Shown here one piece after another: positions 44,977-54,810 of a stretch of DNA of 64,000 nt (positions within the stretch are counted from its first letter, which is position 1; each line of letters starts with the position of its first letter). The position numbers and the translations under genes are program-made. The DNA comes from Candidatus Omnitrophota bacterium. Lineage in GTDB: Bacteria; Omnitrophota; Gorgyraeia; Gygaellales; Profunditerraquicolaceae. The notes beneath the pieces were generated by a model. It did not search any database, was not told where the DNA came from, and saw only the letters and a program-made list of their open reading frames with translations. The stretch spans positions 4,527 to 68,526 of the forward strand of contig JAHIKK010000034.1 of the NCBI GenBank assembly GCA_018897555.1, written 5' to 3'.

Positions 44977-46272
44977 ATGAGAAAAATCAATATCGGTATT
45001 ATCGGTTTCGGCAATATCGGATGCGGAGTGGTTAAGATCCTTAATTCCAGGAAATCATTACTGGCGCAAAAAATAGAAACCGAAATCGTAATTAAGAAAA
45101 TATGCGATAAGGATCTGGCCAAAAAAAGAAATGTTACCGTGGATAAAGCCTTACTCACGCCCGATGCCTACGAAATTATTAATGATCCCGGAATTGACAT
45201 TGTTGTGGAATTAATCGGCGGGATTAATCCGGCCCAGGAGTTTATTTTAGCGGCTTTAAAAAAAGGAAAACACGTGGTCACTGCCAATAAAGCCCTGTTG
45301 GCTGAACATGGTAATGCGTTATTCAAAGAGGCTAATGCGCGGGGGAAAAATATTTATTTTGAAGCCTCTGTAGGCGCGGGCATCCCCATTATCAAAGCCA
45401 TTAAAGAAGGGTTGGTCGCCAACAAATTCAACAGTATTTTTGGTATTGTAAATGGCACATCAAATTATGTGCTTACGCAGATGTCTAAAGAAAACTGCTC
45501 TTTTGTTAATGCCTTAAGCAGCGCTAAGCTCAAAGGCTTTGCCGAGAATGACCCCACTTTCGATATTCAGGGTATTGATTCAGCGCATAAGCTGGTGTTG
45601 CTTACTTATCTGGCTTTTGGAAAAATTGTTAACCTGAAAGATATTTTTATTGAAGGCATAACCCACATATCTGCTGCTGATATTGCTTATGCTCAAGAAT
45701 TGGGATATACCATAAAATTATTGGCCGTTGCCAAGAAGAGAATCAATGAGTTGGAAGTAAGGGTCCATCCAACCCTTTTACCGAGCGAACATTTGCTTTC
45801 TTCGGTAGACGGGGTTTTTAATGCTATTTATGTCTCCAGCGACCTGGCCGGAGAGCTTATGTTTTACGGCCCGGGGGCAGGGCAATTACCCGCTGCCTCG
45901 GCAGTTGTCTCTGATATTGTTGATCTGGCCCAGGATATTAAAGCCGGATTGTTTAGGCCAACTTTAAATTCCAGGGAAGATAACTCCATTAAAGGTTTAC
46001 GTAAAATAGATGAATTTAAAAATAAACATTACATCCGGATTACGGCAGTAGATAAACCGGGAGTGTTGGCAAAAATATCCGGAATCCTGGCAAAATTCGG
46101 TATTAGCATTGCTTCCGTCACTCAAAAGGAGAAGTTAAAATCTCATATCGTTCCGGTAGTGATGGTTACGCATGAAATAAAAGAAAAAAATCTGCGGGGT
46201 GCCTTGAAAATGATTGATAAATTAACAGAAATTAAAGCTAAATCTGTCGCCATTCGGATCGAGGGTGTTTAA
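44977..46272 (+). CDS. hom: Homoserine dehydrogenase (with ACT domain)
   Basis: GFGNIG, VVTANKA, FEASVGAGIPII and GIVNGTSNY motifs; C-terminal DKPGVLA. Confidence 0.96.
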   Translation: MRKINIGIIGFGNIGCGVVKILNSRKSLLAQKIETEIVIKKICDKDLAKKRNVTVDKALLTPDAYEIINDPGIDIVVELIGGINPAQEFILAALKKGKHVVTANKALLAEHGNALFKEANARGKNIYFEASVGAGIPIIKAIKEGLVANKFNSIFGIVNGTSNYVLTQMSKENCSFVNALSSAKLKGFAENDPTFDIQGIDSAHKLVLLTYLAFGKIVNLKDIFIEGITHISAADIAYAQELGYTIKLLAVAKKRINELEVRVHPTLLPSEHLLSSVDGVFNAIYVSSDLAGELMFYGPGAGQLPAASAVVSDIVDLAQDIKAGLFRPTLNSREDNSIKGLRKIDEFKNKHYIRITAVDKPGVLAKISGILAKFGISIASVTQKEKLKSHIVPVVMVTHEIKEKNLRGALKMIDKLTEIKAKSVAIRIEGV

Positions 46273-47354
46273 TGAACGGGCAAAAATATAAGGGAATAAT
46301 TCAGAAATACAGGCGATTTTTACCGGTGAGCGAGAAAACTCCGGTGATTACTTTAAATGAAGGAAATACCCCCTTGATTTATGCCGGCTATTTAAGCGGG
46401 CTGGTAGGAAAAAATTGCGAAGTTTATTTAAAGTACGAAGGCCTCAATCCCACCGGTTCTTTTAAAGACAGGGGAATGACTCTGGCTATTTCCAAAGCCT
46501 GCGAAGCAAAGGCTACCGCGGTAATCTGCGCTTCAACCGGAAACACTTCAGCCTCTGCCGCTGCTTACGCCGCCGTCGCCGGAATTAAATGCATCGTGCT
46601 TATTCCCGGCGGAGCAATTGCTCTGGGAAAACTTAGCCAGGCGTTAATTCACGGGGCAAAGGTTTTAGCAATTAAAGGGAATTTTGATGCTGCTTTAGGC
46701 CTGGTTAAAGAAATTACTCAAGCGTTTCCCATTACGCTGGTGAATTCTATAAATCCTTACCGTATCCAGGGACAAAAAACTGCCAGCTTTGAAATATGCG
46801 ATTACCTGGGGGATGCTCCGGATTTTCAGATTATGCCGGTGGGAAACGCCGGAAACATTACTGCTTACTGGAAAGGTTATAAAGAATATCAGAGCCAGGC
46901 TTTAAGTAAAAAACTTCCGGTAATGTTAGGTTTTCAGGCTCAAGGAGCTGCTCCGATTGTAAGAAATAAGCCTATCCTTAACCCGGAAACAATTGCCACC
47001 GCCATCCGGATCGGAAACCCGGCCAGCTGGTCAAGCGCGATAGATGCCCGCGATGAATCGGGCGGATTAATTGACCTGGTTTCAGACACGCAAATACTTA
47101 CTGCTTACAAAATGCTCGCGGAAAAAGAAGGTATATTTGCTGAGCCGGCTTCGGCCGCTTCCATTGCCGGCCTGTTAAAATTAATTAAAAAGGGATACTT
47201 TAAAAAATACAATTTAAATAATAAGAAATTCTCGATTGTGTGTATCTTAACTGGGCATGGCTTAAAAGACCCGGAGCGGGCGATTAAGACGATTTCACCG
47301 CCAAAGCTGATGCGCGCAGACTTAAAAACAATTATTAAAGAAATTGGCTACTAG
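46272..47354 (+). CDS. thrC: Threonine synthase
   Basis: EGNTPL, NPTGSFKDRG, CASTGNTSAS and PVGNAGNI motifs. Confidence 0.96.
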   Translation: MNGQKYKGIIQKYRRFLPVSEKTPVITLNEGNTPLIYAGYLSGLVGKNCEVYLKYEGLNPTGSFKDRGMTLAISKACEAKATAVICASTGNTSASAAAYAAVAGIKCIVLIPGGAIALGKLSQALIHGAKVLAIKGNFDAALGLVKEITQAFPITLVNSINPYRIQGQKTASFEICDYLGDAPDFQIMPVGNAGNITAYWKGYKEYQSQALSKKLPVMLGFQAQGAAPIVRNKPILNPETIATAIRIGNPASWSSAIDARDESGGLIDLVSDTQILTAYKMLAEKEGIFAEPASAASIAGLLKLIKKGYFKKYNLNNKKFSIVCILTGHGLKDPERAIKTISPPKLMRADLKTIIKEIGY

Positions 47355-47982
47355 AAAAAGGATTCTGATTACTGCCGGCCCCACCTGGGTAGCGCTTGAC
47401 CGGGTGCGGGTAATAAGTAATTTGGCTACGGGAGAAACCGGAATTATCCTGGCAGATAAATTTAAAAAACTTGGGTTCAAAGTTACGCTGTTGCTTGGGC
47501 CGGGAAATTTCTGCCGAGCCGGCCAAGCAGGCATTCAGCTAATACGGTTTAAATATTTTTCTGAATTAGCGCAGCTCTTAGATAAAGAATTGAAAAATCA
47601 AAAATTTGCGGCGGTTATTCATGCGGCGGCGGTGGCAGATTATGAGCCTAAAGATATAATTCAGCATAAGGTCAGTTCACAACGCAAGAGCTGGAAAATA
47701 AATTTAGTTCCCACGAAGAAACTGATCCAGAGCTTAAAAATTCATCAACCGGATTTATTTACTGTGGGTTTTAAGTTCCAACCGGACGCAGGTAAGGATA
47801 TGCTGATAAAAAGAGGCAGGAGGCTCCTGGAAACGGCAAATTTAGATTTAGTGGTAGCTAATTCTAATAAAAACAGGGGTTATCAAGCCTATATTTTAGA
47901 CAGCCAGAATAAATACGGGCCTTTCTTAAGTAAAACAAAAATGGCTATTTATTTATCCGGATTAATGGAGAATCAACTATGA
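47344..47982 (+). CDS. Phosphopantothenate-cysteine ligase domain protein (CoaB-like, no CoaC domain)
   Basis: LITAGPT..LDRVRVISN.ATG.TG, HAAAVADY, VGFK and DLVVAN. Confidence 0.8.
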   Translation: MATRKRILITAGPTWVALDRVRVISNLATGETGIILADKFKKLGFKVTLLLGPGNFCRAGQAGIQLIRFKYFSELAQLLDKELKNQKFAAVIHAAAVADYEPKDIIQHKVSSQRKSWKINLVPTKKLIQSLKIHQPDLFTVGFKFQPDAGKDMLIKRGRRLLETANLDLVVANSNKNRGYQAYILDSQNKYGPFLSKTKMAIYLSGLMENQL

Positions 47983-49193
47983 CAAAATATATTGTACTGG
48001 TTGGTGATGGTATGGCAGATTACCCCCTAGAAGAGCTGGGCATGCGCACTCCTTTAGAGGCGGCCCGCACACCGAATATGGATTTTATCGCTAAAAATGG
48101 ATGCCTGGGGCAGGCTAAGACCATTCCGGATAAAATGACTCCGGCATCCGATGTCGCTAATCTTTCAATATTAGGATATGACCCAAAAAAATATTATTCC
48201 GGAAGAGGGCCTTTAGAAGCGGCCAACCTGGGTATTGAACTGGAAGATGACGATGTTGCTTTTCGTTGCAACTTAATCACCACCGGAGGCGATAAGTTAC
48301 TCGATTATAGCGCCGGGCATATTAAGTCCACAGAGGCGCGCACCCTGATTAAATTTATTGATCAAAAGCTGGGAAATAATAAACTGCGATTTTTCTCAGG
48401 CGTAAGTTACAGGCACCTGCTTTTAGTTAAGCGTGGAGCGGAATTAAAACTGCAAAATTTGAAATGCTGGGCGCCGCATGATATTGCCGGCCGGAGCATT
48501 AACCGGCACCTGCCTAAAGGGGAAAACGCGGATATAATTGTTAAACTTATGCTGGATTCCAAAGAAATTCTGGGGCCACATGAAATTAATCATGTCCGGC
48601 TGGATTTGAAAGAAAACCCGGCAAATATGATCTGGCTTTGGGGCCAGGGGGTCAAACCCAATATGCCTAAATTTATGGAAAAATTCAATTTATCCGGAAG
48701 CGTAATTTCTGCGGTAGACCTGATTAAAGGGTTAGGGCGCATCCTGGGACTGGAGGTAATTAATGTTCCCGGGGCAACCGGTTATTATGATACGGATTAC
48801 GCGGGCAAGGCCCAGGCAGCAATCGAGTCTTTAAAGAAAAACGATTTTGTTTTTGTGCATGTTGAGGCTCCGGATGAAGCCGGGCATAACGGTGATCTGC
48901 GGGAAAAACTTACTGCCATTGAGCGTTTTGATCAATTAGTGGTCGGCTCTTTGCTGGAATATTGTAAGGACAAGGATGATTTCCGGATTATGGTCTTACC
49001 GGATCATGCCACTCCGCTGTCTTTAAAAACCCATACCGCGGAAGCCATTCCTTTTGCGATTTACGGCAAAGGCATACCCAAGGGAGAATTTCTTAATTAC
49101 TGCGAAAAAGAAGCGCAAAAATCAAAACTTTATTTTGAGAACGGTTATCAACTTATGGAATATTTTATTTTAAACACCCGGAGCGGAGATTAA
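47979..49193 (+). CDS. apgM: Cofactor-independent phosphoglycerate mutase family (ApgM; proposed homoserine kinase surrogate in hom/thrC operons)
   Basis: GDGMAD, TPLEAA.TPNMD, SDVANLS, HVEAPDEAGH and PDHATP motifs. Confidence 0.88.
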   Translation: MTKYIVLVGDGMADYPLEELGMRTPLEAARTPNMDFIAKNGCLGQAKTIPDKMTPASDVANLSILGYDPKKYYSGRGPLEAANLGIELEDDDVAFRCNLITTGGDKLLDYSAGHIKSTEARTLIKFIDQKLGNNKLRFFSGVSYRHLLLVKRGAELKLQNLKCWAPHDIAGRSINRHLPKGENADIIVKLMLDSKEILGPHEINHVRLDLKENPANMIWLWGQGVKPNMPKFMEKFNLSGSVISAVDLIKGLGRILGLEVINVPGATGYYDTDYAGKAQAAIESLKKNDFVFVHVEAPDEAGHNGDLREKLTAIERFDQLVVGSLLEYCKDKDDFRIMVLPDHATPLSLKTHTAEAIPFAIYGKGIPKGEFLNYCEKEAQKSKLYFENGYQLMEYFILNTRSGD

Positions 49194-49196
49194 AGA

Positions 49197-50423
49197 ATGC
49201 CTAAAGGTTTAGTCGTGCAAAAATACGGCGGCTCTTCCGTCGCTAATGTCGAGCGTATTAAAAGAGTAGCGCAAAGGGTGGTAGGGTATAGTAAAAGAGG
49301 CTGCCAGCTGGTGGTAGTCGTTTCGGCTTTAGGAGATACTACCGACGAATTAGTGGAACTGGCTGATAAAATCAATCCTGATCCTTCGGAACGGGAAATG
49401 GATATGCTCTTATCTACCGGAGAACAGATCTCGGTTGCGCTTTTGGCGATGGCTATCCAAAAGTTAGGATTCCCGGCTATTTCATTTACCGGCGCTCAGG
49501 TCGGGATCATTACTGATAGCAGCCATACCCGGGCTAGAATTATCAAAATAAACGTAGATAAAATTAAAGCGGAATTAAAAAAGGGCAGGATCGTTATCGT
49601 TGCCGGTTTTCAGGGAGTAACCTTAAATCAGGATATTACCACTTTAGGCCGGGGCGGCTCAGATTTAACCGCGGTAGCTTTAGCTAAAGAACTCCAAGCG
49701 GATACCTGCGAGATTTACACAGACGTCATGGGTATTTATACTACTGACCCGCGCATTGAACCCAAAGCTAAAAAGATCAAAGAGATTACTTATGACGAAA
49801 TGCTGGAGATGGCTTCCTTAGGGGCTCAGGTAATGCAGCCGCGTTCTATCGAAGTAGCTAAAAAATTTAATGTCCCTTTGCATGTGCGTTCTTCATTTAA
49901 TACCAAAAGCGGAACCATGATTATTAAGGAGGTTAGAAAGATGGAAGATGTCTTAGTCAGCGGGGTAATTTTAAATAAAAATGAAGCAAAAATTACTCTC
50001 TGCGGGGTTACGGATAAACCCGGAGTGGCAGTAAAATTATTTAAAGATCTGGCGGCCTCCGGAGTAAGCGTGGATATGATCGTGCAAAACGTAAGCCATA
50101 CCCGCCAAACAGATATATCTTTTACCGTGGCTAAAGCCGATTGCGCCAAAGCCAATAAGATCACTAAAATGGTCGCTAAAAAAATCGGCGCCGGAGATGT
50201 TTTACTGGACGAAGATATCGCCCGGGTTTCGATTGTCGGGGTAGGCATGAAATCTCATCATGGTGTTGCGGCAAAAATGTTCGGGGTCCTGGCGGACAAT
50301 AAAATCAATATTGGCATGATCTCTACTTCGGATATCAGCATTTCTTGCATTATCAAGAAGAAAGACGCTGAAATAGCGGTAAAAAAATTACACGCTGATT
50401 TCGGGCTAAGTAAACCCCGCTAG
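49197..50423 (+). CDS. lysC: Aspartate kinase
   Basis: VQKYGGSSV and [16 protein letters not shown]; two ACT domains. Confidence 0.96.
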   Translation: MPKGLVVQKYGGSSVANVERIKRVAQRVVGYSKRGCQLVVVVSALGDTTDELVELADKINPDPSEREMDMLLSTGEQISVALLAMAIQKLGFPAISFTGAQVGIITDSSHTRARIIKINVDKIKAELKKGRIVIVAGFQGVTLNQDITTLGRGGSDLTAVALAKELQADTCEIYTDVMGIYTTDPRIEPKAKKIKEITYDEMLEMASLGAQVMQPRSIEVAKKFNVPLHVRSSFNTKSGTMIIKEVRKMEDVLVSGVILNKNEAKITLCGVTDKPGVAVKLFKDLAASGVSVDMIVQNVSHTRQTDISFTVAKADCAKANKITKMVAKKIGAGDVLLDEDIARVSIVGVGMKSHHGVAAKMFGVLADNKINIGMISTSDISISCIIKKKDAEIAVKKLHADFGLSKPR

Positions 50424-50447
50424 AGGCGGCGCCCCGCGGCGCGGGGC
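50417..50447. repeat. GC-rich double hairpin at the lysC 3' end
   Basis: CCGC-tagag-GCGG followed by GCCCCGC-ggc-GCGGGGC and TTTT. Confidence 0.55.
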
Positions 50448-50479
50448 TTTTAACCGGGTAAATAAACAAGAGGTAATTT

Positions 50480-52045
50480 ATGACAACGGTAAAATTATAC
50501 GATACCACCTTACGGGACGGTTCACAGGCAGAAGGCATATCTTATTCGGTAATGGATAAAATCCGCATTGCTGAAGAGCTGGATAAGATCGGCATACATT
50601 TTATTGAGGGGGGTTGGCCGGGTTCAAATCCTAAGGACCGGGAATTCTTTGAGAAAATAAGCCGGTCTAAACTTAAAAATTCTAAAATTGCTGCTTTTAG
50701 CATGACCCGTAGACCGAACATCCCGGCTGACCAGGATAGTAATTTATTAGCCCTGCTAAAATCTAAAGCCCAAGTAATTACCATCGTCGGTAAAACCTGG
50801 GATTTTCATGTGCTTGAGGTTTTAAAAACTACGCTGGATGAGAATCTGGCGATGATTTTTGACAGTATTGATTTCCTGGTTAAAAAAGGATTCGTAGTAT
50901 TTTATGACGCTGAGCATTTTTTTGATGCCTACCGCGCTAATCAAGATTACGCTTTAAAAACTTTAATCGCCGCCCAAGATGCCGGTTGTTCGGCAGTTTG
51001 TCTTTGCGATACTAACGGCGGGTCTTTAACCAGCCAGATCAGTTCTACGATTAAAGAAATTAAAGGAAAGATCAAGGTGGATTTAGGAATTCATTGCCAT
51101 AATGACGCCGGAGTGGCGATTGCTAATTCCCTGGCCGCGGTAGAGGCCGGAGCAAGCATAGTGCAAGGGACGATTAATGGCTACGGGGAACGCTGCGGAA
51201 ATGCCGACCTAATCCCGATTATTGCGAATTTAAAAATTAAATTAGAGATCGATTGTATCCCGGATGCGCAATTAGAACAGCTGACGCACCTTTCACATTT
51301 TGTTAGTGAAATCAGCAATATGCGTCTAAAGAATGAGCAGCCTTTTGTGGGTGATTCGGCATTCGCGCATAAGGGCGGAATGCATATTAACGCCATAATG
51401 AAAAACCCCAAAACCTACGAACATATTGATCCCTCTTTAGTCGGAAATCATCGCCGGGTTTTAGTTTCCGAACTGGGGGGTAAAACCGGAATCTTATTAA
51501 GGGCCAAAGATTTAAACTACGACCTAACCAAGACCGATCCGCAAACAAAAAAGATTCTGGAATTAGTTCAGGCTTTGGAGCATAAGGGTTTTCAATTTGA
51601 AGCTGCCGAGGCGTCTTTTCAAATATTAATGCAAAGATCTTTAAAGAAATTTAAAAAATTCTTTGAATTAGAAGGATTTAAGGTGGTTATAGAAAAAGGT
51701 AAAGATAAGAAGATTACCTCTGAAGCCATCATCAAGTTAAAGGTCAACGGGGTTAAAGAGCATACTGCCGCTGAAGGAGATGGCCCGATCAACGCATTAG
51801 ACAATGCCCTGCGCAAGGCGTTGAAGGATTTTTACCCGACTTTAGCCAAAATGCATCTGTCCGATTTTAAAGTGCGCGTTCTGGATGAAAAAGCAGGCAC
51901 TGCCGCCCGGGTGCGCGTATTAATCCAATCTCAGGATGGGAAGGACATCTGGAATACAATCGGAGTCCATGAAAATATTATTGAGGCCAGTTGGCAGGCT
52001 CTGGTTGACAGTGTAGAGTATAAGCTCCTAAAGGATAAGCAGTAA
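50480..52045 (+). CDS. cimA: Citramalate synthase
   Basis: YDTTLRDGSQAEG, EGGWPGSNPKD, YDAEHFFD, HCHND and IEASWQALVDS motifs. Confidence 0.93.
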   Translation: MTTVKLYDTTLRDGSQAEGISYSVMDKIRIAEELDKIGIHFIEGGWPGSNPKDREFFEKISRSKLKNSKIAAFSMTRRPNIPADQDSNLLALLKSKAQVITIVGKTWDFHVLEVLKTTLDENLAMIFDSIDFLVKKGFVVFYDAEHFFDAYRANQDYALKTLIAAQDAGCSAVCLCDTNGGSLTSQISSTIKEIKGKIKVDLGIHCHNDAGVAIANSLAAVEAGASIVQGTINGYGERCGNADLIPIIANLKIKLEIDCIPDAQLEQLTHLSHFVSEISNMRLKNEQPFVGDSAFAHKGGMHINAIMKNPKTYEHIDPSLVGNHRRVLVSELGGKTGILLRAKDLNYDLTKTDPQTKKILELVQALEHKGFQFEAAEASFQILMQRSLKKFKKFFELEGFKVVIEKGKDKKITSEAIIKLKVNGVKEHTAAEGDGPINALDNALRKALKDFYPTLAKMHLSDFKVRVLDEKAGTAARVRVLIQSQDGKDIWNTIGVHENIIEASWQALVDSVEYKLLKDKQ

Positions 52046-54810
52046 TGGCGCAAGAGCTTAGTAAGCAGTATAACCCCCAAGATACCGAAAGTAAGTGGTA
52101 TAAAGTTTGGGAGCAAAATAATCTTTTTTCCGCTAAACCCTCCCCGGATAAATTACCCTATTGCATCGTTATTCCGCCGCCTAATGTCACCGGAATCCTG
52201 CACATGGGGCATGCCTTAAATAACACTATTCAAGATATCTTAATCCGTTACAAAAAAATGCGGGGTTTTGCGGCCCTGTGGATGCCGGGAGTGGATCATG
52301 CCGGAATCGCCACGCAAAATGTTGTCGAAAAAGCCCTGGCTAAAGAGGGGCTCAAGCGGCAAGATCTCGGCCGGGAAAAATTCCTGGAGAAAGTCTGGGA
52401 ATGGAAACAACTCTACGGCTCAACCATCATTAACCAGCTTAAAAAACTCGGCTGCGCCTGCGATTGGGAGCGGGCGCGTTTTACCATGGATCAAGAGTAT
52501 TCTTTAGCCGTCACCGAAGTTTTTGTCAGGCTTTATGAAAAAAAACTTATTTACCAAGGCCACTATATTATCAACTGGTGCCCGCGCTGCCAGACGGCGT
52601 TAAGTGATGAAGAGGCAGCGCGCGCGGAATTACAGGGAAGCCTTTATTATTTAAAGTATCCGTTTAAAATACTTGGGGACAGTCCCCAAAAAACGGGGAC
52701 AGTCCCCAAGTATACTGACGAGTTTATTATTGTTGCCACAACCCGGCCAGAAACTATGTTTGGAGATACTGCCGTAGCCGTAAATCCAAAAGACAAGCGC
52801 TATAAAAAATATATCGGAAAAACATTGATCCTTCCGCTAATTAAACGGGAAATAAAAATTATTGCCGATTCCTCCGTTGATATGGAATTTGGAACGGGGG
52901 CCGTCAAGGTCACTCCCGCGCATGACCCCAATGATTATGTTTTGGGCAAAAAACATAATTTGGAATTCATCAAGATAATGCATCCTGACGGCTCGATGAA
53001 TGAAATTGCAGAGAAATACTCCGGGCTGGACCGCTTCAAAGCAAGAGAAGCGGTATTGGAAGATTTAAAACAATTGGGGTTACTTGAAAAGATCATTGCC
53101 CACACGTTTTCTGCCGGCCACTGTTACCGTTGCCAAACCATTGTCGAGCCCTATTTATCCCAACAATGGTTTATAAAAATGAAACCGTTGGCCAAGCCGG
53201 CCATTAAAGCAGTAAAAAAAGGAGAGATTAAATTTTACCCCGATCGTTGGACTAAGGTTTATTTAAACTGGATGGATAATATCCAGGACTGGTGTATCTC
53301 CCGGCAGATCTGGTGGGGACACCGGATGCCGGTTTATTACTGTAAAAATTGCCAGGAGAAAAATCCAAAAGCTGGGATCATCGTATCCAGGATTAAGCCT
53401 TCTAAATGCCCGAAATGCGCATCCGAGAGCCTAACGCAAGAAGAAGATGTCCTGGACACCTGGTTTTCCAGCTGGCTTTGGCCGTTTGCCACCTTCTATT
53501 GGCCTAAAGAAAATGCCGACTTAAAATATTTTTATCCTACTGCAACCCTGGTTACTGCTCCGGAGATTATCTTTTTTTGGGTAGCGCGCATGATTATGGC
53601 GGGTTTTGAATTTAAACAACAAATCCCTTTTAAAAATGTTTATATCCACGGCACGGTGCGCGACAGCCAGGGAAAAAAGATGTCCAAATCCTTAGGTAAT
53701 GCGCTTGACCCCCTGGAGGTCATCGCGGAGTATGGAACAGATGCTTTACGTTTCAGCCTTATCTCGATAACTTCCCAGGGCCAGGATGTATATTTGTCCA
53801 AAGACAGATTTGAACAAGGCAGGAACTTTGCCAATAAAATCTGGAACGCCTCACGCTTTATTCTCATTAACCTTAAGCCTGAAGATGTAAATGTAGATTT
53901 ATGCGTTTTCTTTAAACGCGAACAACTGGATATTGTTAACCGCTGGATCTTAAGCCGTTTTTATACAACTCTGGAGAAAGTAGGCAAAGAATTAGATAAT
54001 TTTAAATTCAATGAAGCTGCCAGTAGCCTGTATGCATTTTTCTGGCATGAATTCTGTGATTGGTACCTGGAATTAATTAAACCTCAAATCGGAGAAAAGC
54101 AAACCCAAATAGTGATGTATAAAGTTTTAGAAAAATACCTCAGGCTGATTCATCCGTTTATGCCTTTTATCTCCGAGGAGATTTGGCAGCGCCTTCCCGG
54201 CGCCAAAGATTCAACCCCTTCGACGCACCCCGGGCTAAAGCCCGGGGTTTGCTCAGGGTTGATGGTGAGCAAAGTCGAACCATCAATTATGCAGCAAAAC
54301 TGGCCGCATTTACAGAGCGAGCTGATCAATAAGCAAGATGAATTACAGATGGAGTTGGCTTTTGAGGTGATTAATGTAATCAGAAATATGCGCGCAGAGT
54401 TGGAGGTTAACCCTGCCAGCCGTATTGACATCCAAATAAGCGCCATGAGTAAACTTACTCAAAAATCTCTGGAGCAGCTTTTAAGCTACATAAAAAATTT
54501 GGCTAAAGTTAACGCTTTAACACTGACCGAGAAATATATCGCCCAAAATAACCAATACGCGGTTGTTTTTAAAGATCTGCATATTGTCATGCCGCTTGAG
54601 GGAGTCGCCGATGCCGCCCAGCAGATTAATAAAACTAATCTAAAAATTGATAAATTAAAATCCGAGATTAAAAATAAAGAGGCAATGCTGGCAAATAAAA
54701 ATTTTACCCTGCGTGCCCCCGAAGAAATTGTAGAAGCAGAAAAAAATAAATTAATCGATATGCGTGAGCAGGTAAAAAAACTGGAGGCAATCAAAAATGG
54801 CTTACGCTAA
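52045..54810 (+). CDS. valS: Valine--tRNA ligase carrying two in-frame palindromic insertions
   Basis: PPPNVTGILHMGH, ATTRPET, WCISRQIWWGH and KMSKS; C-terminal coiled coil. Confidence 0.97.
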   Translation: MAQELSKQYNPQDTESKWYKVWEQNNLFSAKPSPDKLPYCIVIPPPNVTGILHMGHALNNTIQDILIRYKKMRGFAALWMPGVDHAGIATQNVVEKALAKEGLKRQDLGREKFLEKVWEWKQLYGSTIINQLKKLGCACDWERARFTMDQEYSLAVTEVFVRLYEKKLIYQGHYIINWCPRCQTALSDEEAARAELQGSLYYLKYPFKILGDSPQKTGTVPKYTDEFIIVATTRPETMFGDTAVAVNPKDKRYKKYIGKTLILPLIKREIKIIADSSVDMEFGTGAVKVTPAHDPNDYVLGKKHNLEFIKIMHPDGSMNEIAEKYSGLDRFKAREAVLEDLKQLGLLEKIIAHTFSAGHCYRCQTIVEPYLSQQWFIKMKPLAKPAIKAVKKGEIKFYPDRWTKVYLNWMDNIQDWCISRQIWWGHRMPVYYCKNCQEKNPKAGIIVSRIKPSKCPKCASESLTQEEDVLDTWFSSWLWPFATFYWPKENADLKYFYPTATLVTAPEIIFFWVARMIMAGFEFKQQIPFKNVYIHGTVRDSQGKKMSKSLGNALDPLEVIAEYGTDALRFSLISITSQGQDVYLSKDRFEQGRNFANKIWNASRFILINLKPEDVNVDLCVFFKREQLDIVNRWILSRFYTTLEKVGKELDNFKFNEAASSLYAFFWHEFCDWYLELIKPQIGEKQTQIVMYKVLEKYLRLIHPFMPFISEEIWQRLPGAKDSTPSTHPGLKPGVCSGLMVSKVEPSIMQQNWPHLQSELINKQDELQMELAFEVINVIRNMRAELEVNPASRIDIQISAMSKLTQKSLEQLLSYIKNLAKVNALTLTEKYIAQNNQYAVVFKDLHIVMPLEGVADAAQQINKTNLKIDKLKSEIKNKEAMLANKNFTLRAPEEIVEAEKNKLIDMREQVKKLEAIKNGLR
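52669..52713. repeat. In-frame palindromic insertion 1 in valS
   Basis: ATACTTGGGGACAGTCCCC-aaaaaac-GGGGACAGTCCCCAAGTAT; 45 bp encoding ILGDSPQKTGTVPKY. Confidence 0.85.
54211..54286. repeat. In-frame nested palindromic insertion 2 in valS
   Basis: 72 bp plus a TCAA duplication; encodes STPSTHPGLKPGVCSGLMVSKVEP; contains ACCCCGGGCT-aa-AGCCCGGGGT. Confidence 0.88.
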
